A stretch of 64,000 nt of DNA. Source: Candidatus Marinacidobacterales bacterium (GTDB taxonomy: Bacteria; Acidobacteriota; Vicinamibacteria; Marinacidobacterales; SMYC01). Numbering within the stretch: position 1 is the stretch's first letter; the number at the start of each line of letters is the position of its first letter. The notes below the pieces were generated by a model. It did not search any database. It had not been told where the DNA came from and saw nothing but the letters and a program-made list of their open reading frames with translations. A program made the position numbers and the translations under genes. Shown here piece after piece: positions 1 to 9,936 of this stretch. The stretch is taken from positions 1,504,001 through 1,568,000 of the forward strand of contig OZ250169.1 in assembly GCA_965237955.1 (NCBI GenBank), given 5' to 3'.

Positions 1-609
1 TCGGCGCTCGCCGAAGCAGAGCAAGAGAAAAAGAGCATCGCCGATGCGATCGACCGCGCCCGCACGCTTCGCGAGAAGGTCGACTCCGATCGCGAAGCGG
101 CGGCAGTAGCCGGCGCGCTCGGCCAGCACTTGAAGTCGACCGGATTCGAGCGCTGGCTCCTCGAAGAAGCGTTCCACCAGCTCGCCACGGGTGCGACCGT
201 GATCCTGAACGAGCTATCGAGTGGCCAGTACTCGTTCGAGTACGACGAGAAGCTCAATTTCGAAGTCGTGGACCACCGTAATGCCGACGAGCGCCGCTCG
301 GCACGAACGCTCTCGGGTGGTGAGACTTTCCTCGCGTCGCTGGCGCTGGCGCTGACGCTCGCAGAACAAACCGCCGAGCTCGCCGCCGACGGTTCGGCGC
401 GACTCGAGTCCCTCTTTCTCGACGAAGGTTTCGGCACACTCGACAACGACACGCTCGAAATCGTCGCGAGCGCGATCGAAGACCTCGGCGCCAAAGGCCG
501 TATCGTCGGCGTCGTCACCCACCAGCAAAGCCTCGCGGATAAGATCGCCGTGCAGTTTCGGGTGAACAAAGGCCCAGTGACGGCGACCGTCGAGAAGATC
601 GTCGCGTGA
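1..609 (+). CDS. sbcC: SbcC/Rad50-type SMC ATPase, C-terminal part (starts before the window)
   Basis: Frame open from base 1; signature LSGGETFLASLALAL, Walker B/D-loop LFLDEGFGTLD, H-loop VVTH. Confidence 0.9.
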   Translation, partial: SALAEAEQEKKSIADAIDRARTLREKVDSDREAAAVAGALGQHLKSTGFERWLLEEAFHQLATGATVILNELSSGQYSFEYDEKLNFEVVDHRNADERRSARTLSGGETFLASLALALTLAEQTAELAADGSARLESLFLDEGFGTLDNDTLEIVASAIEDLGAKGRIVGVVTHQQSLADKIAVQFRVNKGPVTATVEKIVA

Positions 610-960
610 AATCGGCTTCGGCTGATGAGTTGCTTCGCCGATTGTCGGAGCCGCGGTGGCAGACGGTAACCAACAGAAAGCTGTTTTTCGACACCTTACC
701 CCTCCTGAGAAATCGATTGCATTGGCCTCGCAGGGAACCGCCGACCCTGGAAACCTGTCAATCGTCACAAACTGAGGGAAAACGCCCACACCAACATCCC
801 GCTAACTCGCTACAACCATTTGCCTTACACCCACGCTAATTCGTGGGAGTATGCCAACGCCTCGGATCACAGAAGTGACGACGCTCGCATGTCACACTCG
901 CAGTCCCCCGGATTCGTCCCGCCTCCCCCCGGGCAATTTATTCGCTCGAGTTGGACCATC

Positions 961-3393
961 ATGTCAGAGTCGAAATCATTGGACGCCGAGCTCCAATCAG
1001 CACTCACCGGAGCTTTCGGCAATCGCTACCAGCTCTCGGACCGGCTCGGAACCGGTTCTTACGGCGTCGTCTTCCGTGCGCGGGACACGATGCTCGACCG
1101 GGACGTCGCCATCAAGCAGGTGCGTCTCGACAACTTTCAAAACGCCGACCAGGCGGAGGAAGTCAAGCTTCGCACTCAGCGTGAAGCGAAGATGGCGGCG
1201 AGGCTCCGACATGCCGGAATCGTCGCCGTTCACGACATCGTGAATACGCAAACGAGCACGCTCATCATCATGGAGTACGTCCGCGGCAAGACGCTCGAGG
1301 ACAAGCTTCGCGAACAACAACGCCTCGGCCTCGAACAAACGATCGCGATCGTCGTGCACCGGGACATCAAACCGGCCAACTTGATGATTACCGACGATGG
1401 CTCGGTCAAGATCGCCGACTTCGGCATCGCCAAGTCTCAGTCGGGCTCGGAGATGACGTCGAACATCACCGCGACGGGGAACGTCCTCGGTACACCTTAT
1501 TACATGTCTCCCGAACAGGCCCGAGGCGAGGACGAGCTCGACGGACGCTCCGATCTGTTCTCGCTCGGCTGCGTCACTTACGAATGCCTCACCGGAAGAA
1601 AGCCGTTCCGCGGCAAGTCGGTCATTGACGTGCTCTTGACCATCGCGAGCGGTGACCCGGCGGAGCTCGACTGTGACGAGCTCGAGCTCCACGCGGATAT
1701 CGAGTTGGTTCTAGGCAAGGCGTTGGCGAAGACGCCAGCAGCACGCTTCCAAACCGCTCGGGAGCTGGTTGAAGCCATTCGCGCCGTTCCCGCGGTCGAA
1801 TCCGCCGGCGCAACGCCGGTGGTGACCAGTCGCGATCCGGGCGCGAGCTCCACGTTCGATGACGCGCTACAGGGTACGCTGAATGAGCGAGGGGTCGCCG
1901 ACATCATCCGTGACATTCAAACGAGCGGCAAGACCGGCATTCTGCATCTACAACGGGACGAGCTCTCCAAGCGTCTGTACTTCCTGGACGGTTCGATTGT
2001 TTTCGCGAACTCCGACGTCGACTCCGATCGCCTCGGGCAAGTTCTCATCAGCGGAGGCATCATCGATGCGCCGAGTTACGAACGCGCAGCACGTGCGATG
2101 AAGAAAACCCGACGACGGCTCGGACGGACGCTGGTTGCGCTCGGCAATCTCCAGGAGGAGAGCCTCGACGAGACGTTAAACGATCAAATCCAGCGCATCA
2201 TCTACTCCGTCTTCAGCTGGGAATCGGGAGACTACAAGTTCGAGACCATCGACAAGCCGGTCGAGGACGACCTCGCGCGCGCGCTGTCCACCGACGAGAT
2301 CGTCCTCGAAGGTGTTCGCAGCATGGCCACGGAGTCGACGATACGACACGCCATCGGTGACACTGACCGGATCCTCCAAAACGTCGAGGGAGTGACAGCC
2401 CACGAGAAGAACGTCACCTTGACGGCCGCGGAAGGATTCGTGCTGTCTCGGGTCGACGGTAGTACCTCGGTCGCGGAGATTGCGGCGATATCCCCACTCG
2501 ACGACGATGAAACATTTCGCTGCATCTACGGTCTCATCTCCACCGGCATCCTGCGGATCGAAGACACGTTGGGCAACGCAACCGGGCGCTTGCCGCGTGT
2601 CTCGACGCTCGATGCCGAGCCAACGGTTACGGAAGCCGCCACTAACGATACCGATACGGACCCGATGGTCGAGGAAATCGAGGCCAAGCGGTCGGCGATG
2701 GAGCAATCGAACTTCTACGAGATCCTCGAAGTGAAACGAGGCGAAACTCCGGAAGCGCTCAAGAAGGCGTACTACGCCCTGGCCAAGAAGTATCACCCGG
2801 ATCGGCACCAATCATGCGAAACGGACGCGCTGAAAGACCAGCTCGCGGAAATTCTTGCCAAGCTAGCGGACGCGTACGACGTTTTGTCCAATCGTTCGAA
2901 ACGCCTCCGCTACGATAACAAGCTTTCGCAAACCGAAGGTGTCGATCCAGAGCTCGTCGGTACTGTCCGAACCTCGCCCGATGTTCTCGCCGAGACCAAG
3001 TACCGGGCGGGCAGGGGACGCTACCAAGCGAAGGACTACCACGAGGCAGTTCAGAACCTTCGCGAGGCCGTGCGCCTCGACCCTACGAAGATCGCCTACC
3101 ACAAGCTTCTCGGCCAGGCGCTCACGAAAAACCCGTTGTGGCGTAAGCAAGCGGAGACCCACTTGCGCCGCGTTCTCGACGCCGAGCCGTACGACAAAGA
3201 TTGCTATCTCGAGCTCGCCACGATCTACGAGGAAGGTGGATTAACGACTCGTGCGCGGCAGATGTACGAGCGAGTCGCTTCTCTGGATCCGGATCACAAG
3301 GTCGCGCTGAAAAAGCTCGGCTTCGAAGGCGAGGCGGGAAAGGCCGCGTTTTTTCGCAAGTTCATCGGAAAAACGGACGACGCGTCGCACTGA
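961..3393 (+). CDS. Ser/Thr kinase fused to a DUF4388-like domain, J domain and TPR; short in-frame deletion in the kinase alphaE region
   Basis: LGTGSYGVV, VAIK, HRDIKPAN, DFG, GTPYYMSPEQ; GTL..DIIRDI...KTGILHL (DUF4388/PATAN-like); NFYEILEV...KKYHPD; TPR tail. Confidence 0.85.
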   Translation: MSESKSLDAELQSALTGAFGNRYQLSDRLGTGSYGVVFRARDTMLDRDVAIKQVRLDNFQNADQAEEVKLRTQREAKMAARLRHAGIVAVHDIVNTQTSTLIIMEYVRGKTLEDKLREQQRLGLEQTIAIVVHRDIKPANLMITDDGSVKIADFGIAKSQSGSEMTSNITATGNVLGTPYYMSPEQARGEDELDGRSDLFSLGCVTYECLTGRKPFRGKSVIDVLLTIASGDPAELDCDELELHADIELVLGKALAKTPAARFQTARELVEAIRAVPAVESAGATPVVTSRDPGASSTFDDALQGTLNERGVADIIRDIQTSGKTGILHLQRDELSKRLYFLDGSIVFANSDVDSDRLGQVLISGGIIDAPSYERAARAMKKTRRRLGRTLVALGNLQEESLDETLNDQIQRIIYSVFSWESGDYKFETIDKPVEDDLARALSTDEIVLEGVRSMATESTIRHAIGDTDRILQNVEGVTAHEKNVTLTAAEGFVLSRVDGSTSVAEIAAISPLDDDETFRCIYGLISTGILRIEDTLGNATGRLPRVSTLDAEPTVTEAATNDTDTDPMVEEIEAKRSAMEQSNFYEILEVKRGETPEALKKAYYALAKKYHPDRHQSCETDALKDQLAEILAKLADAYDVLSNRSKRLRYDNKLSQTEGVDPELVGTVRTSPDVLAETKYRAGRGRYQAKDYHEAVQNLREAVRLDPTKIAYHKLLGQALTKNPLWRKQAETHLRRVLDAEPYDKDCYLELATIYEEGGLTTRARQMYERVASLDPDHKVALKKLGFEGEAGKAAFFRKFIGKTDDASH

Positions 3394-3436
3394 TCGAGAG
3401 CCTTCGTCCAACCGCGTTTTTGGCTACACTACCAGC

Positions 3437-3991
3437 GTGAGACTGCCGAGACCCATTCTGTTCGCTGTGGCCGGTGCCGTGTTGTTGTCCTCACCGACGC
3501 TGGCTCAGGAACAAAAACGCCGAGAATCGGAGCGCGATCGCGGCCCCGAAGCTAACTTTCAGCGTCTCGATGACGACGGCGATGGAAAACTCTCCCCTGA
3601 CGAGCTATCCATGCTTGCCCGCGCCCGTTTCGACCAGCTCGATCGCGACGACGATGGTGTTCTCAGCTTCGATGAGTTCCGCGAGATGGAAAGCCAGCGC
3701 GCTTCGAGCGCGTCGACACCAACCGACGACGGCTTCGTCGACGAGGGCGAAATGAAGATGATGGCGCTCAGGGCGCGCGAGGCCCGGAATGCTCCGTCGG
3801 GCCTGATGCGACGCCTCATGGAGCTCGACCTCGACGGTGATGGGCGCCTCCACCGTGACGAGCTTCCGGAAGCGATGGAATATCTGCGCGCACAGTTCGA
3901 GCGTTTCGACTTCAACGCGGATGACTACCTCGACGGAGCCGAGCTCCGAGCGATGACGGAACAGACGTGGCGTCGTGGACGGCGACCCTGA
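3437..3991 (+). CDS. Secreted EF-hand domain protein
   Basis: Signal peptide; repeated DxDxDG loops (LDDDGDGKLSPDEL, DRDDDGVLSFDEF, DLDGDGRLHRDEL). Confidence 0.8.
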   Translation: MRLPRPILFAVAGAVLLSSPTLAQEQKRRESERDRGPEANFQRLDDDGDGKLSPDELSMLARARFDQLDRDDDGVLSFDEFREMESQRASSASTPTDDGFVDEGEMKMMALRAREARNAPSGLMRRLMELDLDGDGRLHRDELPEAMEYLRAQFERFDFNADDYLDGAELRAMTEQTWRRGRRP

Positions 3992-3999
3992 GAAAGCTT

Positions 4000-4203
4000 T
4001 TAGGACTCCAGCGCTTTCCGGACCGCCTCGATGGTCATGTCGATGTCCTTTGGCGTCGTGCGCCAGCTTAGTACCGGCACCCGCATGACCCGGCGGCCCT
4101 TCCAGTTGGAGCCACCGAACCACGTGATTCCACTTTTCTGAACGCGCTCGATGACCTCGTCGGTGCGCCGATCGTGGTTGCCATCGTCTGCCTCATCTGG
4201 CAT
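4000..4203 (-). pseudogene. C-terminal fragment of a pyridoxal-dependent decarboxylase
   Basis: VIERVQKSGITWFGGSNWKGRRVMR..V.SWRTTPKDID resembles group II decarboxylase C-termini; N-terminal part absent. Confidence 0.6.
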
Positions 4204-4311
4204 CAGTATCGCTCATCCATAGATGTTGTGCCGCTGCTCCGGGTCGAGCTGGCGGGCTTCCATGCGCCTATTATGCGCAACCTAGTCGCCCAAACTAACC
4301 GTTTTCGGACG

Positions 4312-6831
4312 TCAGTGCGCTTGGCGGTAGATCTGACGCGCTTTCTCGAACTGCGCGTACACGTGATCCTTTTCGTTCTGCGAGCGCCATCCCGGCCACT
4401 CGTCCGCCATTTGCTGGAGCTTGTCGATCCAGCGCAGCGAATACTCGGAAGCCTCGCGGCTTCGTACCGGCGCACCGCCGACCGTCACCCAGGTCGGATT
4501 CGTGAACGCCTGAGCGAATCTCACATCCAGCGGAAAGCGCTCAACCGGATCGCCCTCCGCGCGCAAGTGGTACCAGCCGCTCTTCGTCACTGAAAGTGTT
4601 TTCTCGAACGAGACGCTCCTGCGATCATCCGTCAGTTCAATCTCCTCGACAACATCGCCGTTCCAAATCAACATCACTTTCGCGAGCGGCGTGATCGAAC
4701 GTACGTGCGCTTGGACGTCGACCGAGCCTCCGCCATCGGGAAGCGACACGGTCTCGCCGGGAATCGCGCCATTCACGGTGAGCTCGACGAGCGGCCCGGT
4801 CGACATGAACGCGTGCCCGGCCCTGAGTCCATCGAACCATGCATCCATGGTCAGCCCACGGCCCCCGGTATACACGTACGTCCGTACCGAGCCGACGAGC
4901 TTGCTCCTATGGAGGTTGCTGATCGAATCCTCACCTCCGGTCGCGGTAACGGCGAGCCCGTTGTTCCATGCGGCGTAGACCGGATAAAACCCCGCTCTTC
5001 CGGCGTCCGACCACTCCACCGCATCCGTCGTGCCGAGTGCGGCGTCCACCATGAAGCCCTTCGCACCACCGAGACTTCCCTCGAGCGGGTCCGAGTCGCC
5101 GGAGAACGCGTGCACGTAGCCGACGGTAGCTCCTTGGGCTTTCGCCTTTCGGAACATGTCGGTGTTGCTCGGGTAGAGGCTTTCGATCGCGGTACCTTCA
5201 TAGCCCGTCGTGTACGGTGAGATCAGATGATCCTCCATGCCGAACATGAATACGTGCCCATAAAACGGCGGCCTGTACTCCTGCCCGACGACGAGAACAC
5301 GATCCGGCGTCGACATCGGGTGCGGGCCGCCCCCGGGGACGAAGAACTGATAGTCGAGAATGCGGTTGTCCTTGTTCGCGATTTGCTCGTTGACGATGTC
5401 TTGATCTTCCGCTTCCGACATCATCATCAAGTTCTCGAGCGTGTTGTGAAGGTTCCCGGCATAGTTCATATGGACGTGGGTCGAGCCGCTGTACCAACCC
5501 TTGGCGGCCATGTCCGTCATCGGCTTCAAGTCGACGACGAGCGATGTCACTTCGGTCGCCTCGATGTCGACCTCGGCGTCCTGGGGCCAGTACTCGAAGC
5601 CCTTGACGACCGTGACCGACGCTTTGCCGACCGGAAGTCGAACGGTGAAGCGTCCGGGCGTGTGGAAGATGTGATCATCCGCGCGGCTGACCCGAGCGTA
5701 AGCGTCGACGGGCGCGTAGAACTTGCCATCGGACGCTTCGAGGTGGATGCGCGAGCCGGTGACCTCACCCGATCCCGCTTCCCGTGTCGTCACCGACAAA
5801 ATGCCCATCGGCCGCTTGTAACGACGGTCGGTAATGTGCACGGTGATCTGTTTTCCACCGTAGGTCTCGAGGAGCGCGAGCTGGGGCAAGCCTTCCTGGT
5901 TCGAGATGTACGCAATCCACTCGCCGTCCGGCGACCATCTGGGATGGAACGCGTCATGACTGAAAAACGTCATCTTGTACGGCTCGCCAGAAACGGTGGG
6001 CTGGACGTACAGGTTCGTGAACTGATCCGCCGAGCCACCCGTGGACGCGTAGATGAAGCGTTTGCCGTCGATAGAAACGTCCGGGCGCGTTCGATACAGC
6101 GTCTGCTCCTCGAGCACCGTTTGTGCCTCTTCGATACCGCTCGCGGCCGCCGGAACGCGCAATACGTTCCCGGAGCCGAGGGGCACGTCACGATTCGAGA
6201 CGATCAGAAGCTCACGGCTATCCGGAAGCCACGCCGGAGCGATGTGCATATCCCACTCACCGAAATAGAGCCGGTTGCGGCCGTAGGTGTTGTCTTTCGT
6301 GAGCGCCAGCTCATCTCCAGTGAAGCGACCGTTCGCGATGTTGCGGATATAGATGTTGAAGTAGCCATTCGGTTTGGTGGAGACGTACGCGACCTTCGTG
6401 CCGTCGGGGGAAAAAACAGGATCGGTGTAGATGTGCGCGTCGTCGGTCAATCGCGATGTTTCGCCGGTCTCGATGTTCAGAATCTCGAGCTGGATCGTCT
6501 GGCCGCCGTCATCCGCGGTATAGATGATCCATTTTCCGTCAGGAGACCAGTCCGGCGACGAGTGGTACTTCTCGTTGTATGTCAGCTCGTAAGCCGTGCC
6601 GGTTTTGGGATCGACTTTCCAGATCGAGCCACTCATGCCGACGGCGATCCATTTACCGTCCGGAGACCACTCCGGCGCCCAAGGAGTGGAGCTCGGCGCG
6701 GGGGGGAAGTAGAAATTGTGCATGTAGTTGCCGCCGTGCTTCGACAACGGATAGCTCGTGCCGAGCTGACCATAGAGTTGGCAGGCAATCGAGAGCACGG
6801 CCAACACGATCGCGAAACGTCTTCCGTTCAT
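4312..6831 (-). CDS. TolB-like PD40 beta-propeller fused to a CehA/McbA-family (PHP-like) metallohydrolase
   Basis: Signal peptide; WSPDG repeats; GWYSGSTHVH, GQEYR..YGH, YVH, TGGEDS, AFTNP motifs. Confidence 0.85.
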   Translation of the reverse strand: MNGRRFAIVLAVLSIACQLYGQLGTSYPLSKHGGNYMHNFYFPPAPSSTPWAPEWSPDGKWIAVGMSGSIWKVDPKTGTAYELTYNEKYHSSPDWSPDGKWIIYTADDGGQTIQLEILNIETGETSRLTDDAHIYTDPVFSPDGTKVAYVSTKPNGYFNIYIRNIANGRFTGDELALTKDNTYGRNRLYFGEWDMHIAPAWLPDSRELLIVSNRDVPLGSGNVLRVPAAASGIEEAQTVLEEQTLYRTRPDVSIDGKRFIYASTGGSADQFTNLYVQPTVSGEPYKMTFFSHDAFHPRWSPDGEWIAYISNQEGLPQLALLETYGGKQITVHITDRRYKRPMGILSVTTREAGSGEVTGSRIHLEASDGKFYAPVDAYARVSRADDHIFHTPGRFTVRLPVGKASVTVVKGFEYWPQDAEVDIEATEVTSLVVDLKPMTDMAAKGWYSGSTHVHMNYAGNLHNTLENLMMMSEAEDQDIVNEQIANKDNRILDYQFFVPGGGPHPMSTPDRVLVVGQEYRPPFYGHVFMFGMEDHLISPYTTGYEGTAIESLYPSNTDMFRKAKAQGATVGYVHAFSGDSDPLEGSLGGAKGFMVDAALGTTDAVEWSDAGRAGFYPVYAAWNNGLAVTATGGEDSISNLHRSKLVGSVRTYVYTGGRGLTMDAWFDGLRAGHAFMSTGPLVELTVNGAIPGETVSLPDGGGSVDVQAHVRSITPLAKVMLIWNGDVVEEIELTDDRRSVSFEKTLSVTKSGWYHLRAEGDPVERFPLDVRFAQAFTNPTWVTVGGAPVRSREASEYSLRWIDKLQQMADEWPGWRSQNEKDHVYAQFEKARQIYRQAH

Positions 6832-6904
6832 AGCGAGCTCCTTAGCGTTCGAACCGAATGGAGACGAATTCTAGTCCTTCGTCAGAGGACGGGCAAGACG
6901 AGGC

Positions 6905-7390
6905 CTACTCGAGCAGCGCGTCCCAGGCAGGAGCGAGCTCGTCGAAGCAAGTGCGCGGATCGACGAGCCCCCACACGTCCTTGACGGAGCCGCGGCGCGC
7001 CCGCCCACTTTGAACGAAGCGGAACGCTTCTGTCGCTCGCTCCTCGAGCGTCGCGTGGCAGCGCAGCAAGTCGTCGTTCAGCTGAGACGCTTCGGCGATT
7101 TGCTCGCCGACGAACATCGCGCCCTCGTTGGCCGCCAGTTCGTCGCGGAGACGCTCACGGAGCGCACGCGACTCGCCGGCGGCTTGCTCGTACTGCTCAC
7201 GCACTTGTTGCAGCTTATCGCGAGTGATGTCGTCCGAGAGCTGGTTCAAAGCCTGGACGGCGGTTCGCTCCGAGGTGAGCGCTTGCCTGTGGAGATCAGC
7301 GATTTTGCCGGGCATCCCGCAACCGCTCACGGCGGCGAGCATGCATCCTGCAACGAGACCTCTATAATAATGTAGTAGCACCCAGACCAA
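6905..7390 (-). CDS. Hypothetical putative lipoprotein
   Basis: 161-aa ORF with lipobox-like VSGC and a helical body; no family recognised. Confidence 0.45.
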   Translation of the reverse strand: MVWVLLHYYRGLVAGCMLAAVSGCGMPGKIADLHRQALTSERTAVQALNQLSDDITRDKLQQVREQYEQAAGESRALRERLRDELAANEGAMFVGEQIAEASQLNDDLLRCHATLEERATEAFRFVQSGRARRGSVKDVWGLVDPRTCFDELAPAWDALLE

Positions 7391-7444
7391 GGATATTGAT
7401 GATTCTCGCCGGCGTCAATTCCGGCGCCATACGCGTTTGTCTCC

Positions 7445-7642
7445 ATGAAACAGAGAAGCCCCGTCCCGGCTGGCAAATACCTGGAGGGTGCCGGTCTGGC
7501 TTTGAAGGCGGGCCAAAAGTACGAAGCTGCCGAGTTCTTTCTCAAGGCCGGCGAGCTCGAGACCGCCGCGCTTCTGTTCGAAAAGATCGGCCGCCACGAA
7601 CGCGCCGCCGTCGCCTACGAAAAGGCGGAGAACACCGTCGAA
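7445..7642 (+). pseudogene. TPR-like repeat protein fragment truncated by an IS
   Basis: Repeats of type AAEFFLKAGELETAALLFEKIG; frame runs into the element end at about 7643. Confidence 0.45.
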
Positions 7643-9140
7643 GCCGTGCTTTTCGCACGATCATTGTAGAGGACGGAGAGCGAAGGTTCGACAGAATCCT
7701 TTGCAGACAGCCATGATCGGCCGGCTGGCGATAAGAACAGCTCCCTGCCATTCTTGGGCATGATGAGAACCAACGGATTCGCCGGACCTAAGACCATCGG
7801 CTGCGTGACGCCATCGCCGCGACTGGTCATGCGGACCTGTTCCGGGACGTCGCCATCCCTGCTTCGACGCGACGCACATGGGCGCGCGGCGACGTGCGGC
7901 CCGTGGTTGCTTCGGTGGGCGTTGAGTTGGAGGTCTACGAGTTGTTGGAGCAGGTCGACACACTACGACGGCGAGCCAAGATGCAGGCGGCGGTCATCGG
8001 ATTACTGGTGCGACTGTTGACGCTCCGCGGTGGCAACCTCGACGGCGATCGCGTTCCCGATGGGGCGACAAAATCCTCGGTGCTGCGTGCCATCGCGTCG
8101 GCGACTGTCCTCCTGCCGCTGGGGACTGCACTCAAGATCGTGGGCGTCTCATCGGCGCGCTATCACGCGTGGAGGCGTAAGGAAGAGGGCTGCGGGCTTG
8201 AGGACCAACCGAGCTGTCCGAAGTCTTTCCCGTGCCAGCTGACGCGCGAAGAAGTCTCCACGATGCGGGATTTCGTCGAGTCTGGCGCTTATCGTCACAT
8301 TGCGGTCCAGAATCTGGCGCTCTACGCGCAGCGCCTCGGCAATCTCTTCGCGTCGGCAAGCACCTGGTACAAGATGATCTGCGAGCGTGGCTGGAAGCGT
8401 CCACGGAGGCGGGTGCATCCAGCGAAGCCCAAAGAAGGCCTCCGAGCCACGCGCCCCAACGAGTATTGGCAGATCGATACAACGGTGATCCGGTTGACGA
8501 CCGGCATCCGAATCTACCTCCAGGCGGTCATCGACAATTTCAGCCGAAGGATTCTCGCTTGGCACGTTAGCGACAAGCTGATCTCGATCACGACGCGCGA
8601 GCTCCTCATCGAGGCCTCACAGAACCTCCCTCACGCCGCCGCGAACGCCAGCGTGCTTGTCGTCACCGACGGCGGTTCGGAGAACTTCGGCGAGGTAGAG
8701 AAGCTTCTCGATGAATCAAGTTCTCTGAGTCGTGTGCTCGCCCGAGTCGACATAGTCTGCTCGAACTCTTTGATCGAAGCGTTCTGGCGACAATTGAAAC
8801 ACGCGTGGCTTTTCCTGAACACCCTCGACAGTACGGTGGCCGTGCGGCGACTCGTCGCGTTCTACGTCGCGGAGCACAATGAAAAGATTCCGCACGCCGT
8901 TCTTCGGCGGCCGTACACCTGACGAGGTCTACTTCGGTCGGGAGGAGGATTTGCTGGAGCGCCTCGCCGAGCAGCGCAAGAGAGCGCAGCGGGTCAGGAA
9001 CGAGGCGAATCGAGCAGCGAGCTGCTATCGGTGCGAATCTTCACGCGCTGGCCCTGCTGTCCAAAACGTCGGCAGAGCAGGGGCTCGTCGAAAAGCTGCT
9101 CGGAATTCTCCATGAGGTCTATGTGAGTAGCACCGCTGCG
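7643..9140 (+). mobile_element. rve/DDE integrase-type IS (IS3/IS481-like core), copy 1; transposase about 7760-9115, disrupted
   Basis: WQIDTT, VIDNFSRRILAW, VTDGGSEN, NSLIEAFWRQLKH; end sequences shared with copies at 9141-9828 and 50284-50930; frameshifts. Confidence 0.85.
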
Positions 9141-9828
9141 CGTAAAGCGCTAAGTTCTGGACGGCGATGTGGCGATAGCTCTCGGACTCAACGAAATCTC
9201 TCATCGTGGAGACTTCGTCGCGCGTGAGCTGGCTGGGAGTGGACTTCGGACAGCTCGGTTGATCGTCGAGTCCGCAGCCGTCTTCCTTACGCCTCCACGC
9301 GTGATAACGCGCCGTCGAGACGCAACACGATTCTGAGCACGGTGCTTAACGACAGGAGACCAGTCGCCGACGCGATCGCCCGGAGCACCGCTGATTTGGT
9401 CTCACCATCGGGAAGGCGATCCCCGTCGAGTTTTCCCCGGCGGAACCTCAACACACGCACGAGTAACCCGATGATCGCCGCCTGCACCTTGGCTCGCTGT
9501 CTTAGATTGTCGACCTGCTCCAACAGCTCGTAGACTTCCAGCTCAACGTCCACCGAAGCGACCACGGGCCGTACCTCGCCGCGCGCCCATGTGCGTCGCG
9601 TCGACGCGGGGATGGCGACATCCCGGAAGAGGTCCGCATTGCCCGTCGCGGCGATGGCGTCACGCAGCCGATGGTCGTAGCTCCGCCGAACTCGGTGGGT
9701 TCTCGTCATGCCCAAGAATGGCAGGGTGCTATTCTCATCGCCAGCTGGCCGATCATGGCTGCGTGCAAAGGAGCCTGTCGAACTTTCCCTCTCCGTCGTC
9801 CACAATGATCGTGCGAAGAGCACGGCTG
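9141..9828 (-). mobile_element. rve-type IS copy 2 (5' half only, inverted)
   Basis: Reverse complement is homologous to 7643-8335 (same left end GCCGTGCT.TTCGCACGATC; MTRTHRVRRSYDHRLRDAIAATG). Confidence 0.85.
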
Positions 9829-9936
9829 TACCTTGAAGCGATCCCACGAGAAGTTCTATACTCTGGGTCTGGCGCAGTTGGCACCTTGAGAGCCTCCATG
9901 CAGGAGGAAACTCCGCACTTTCCTTCATAATCAGCC

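Noticed and set aside
610-960. Possible ncRNA between sbcC and the kinase
   Set aside because: No convincing structure or known motif seen
5227-6984. Long antisense ORFs (also 23118-24257, 44796-45926, 10258-11211)
   Set aside because: Shadows of well-supported genes on the opposite strand in GC-rich DNA
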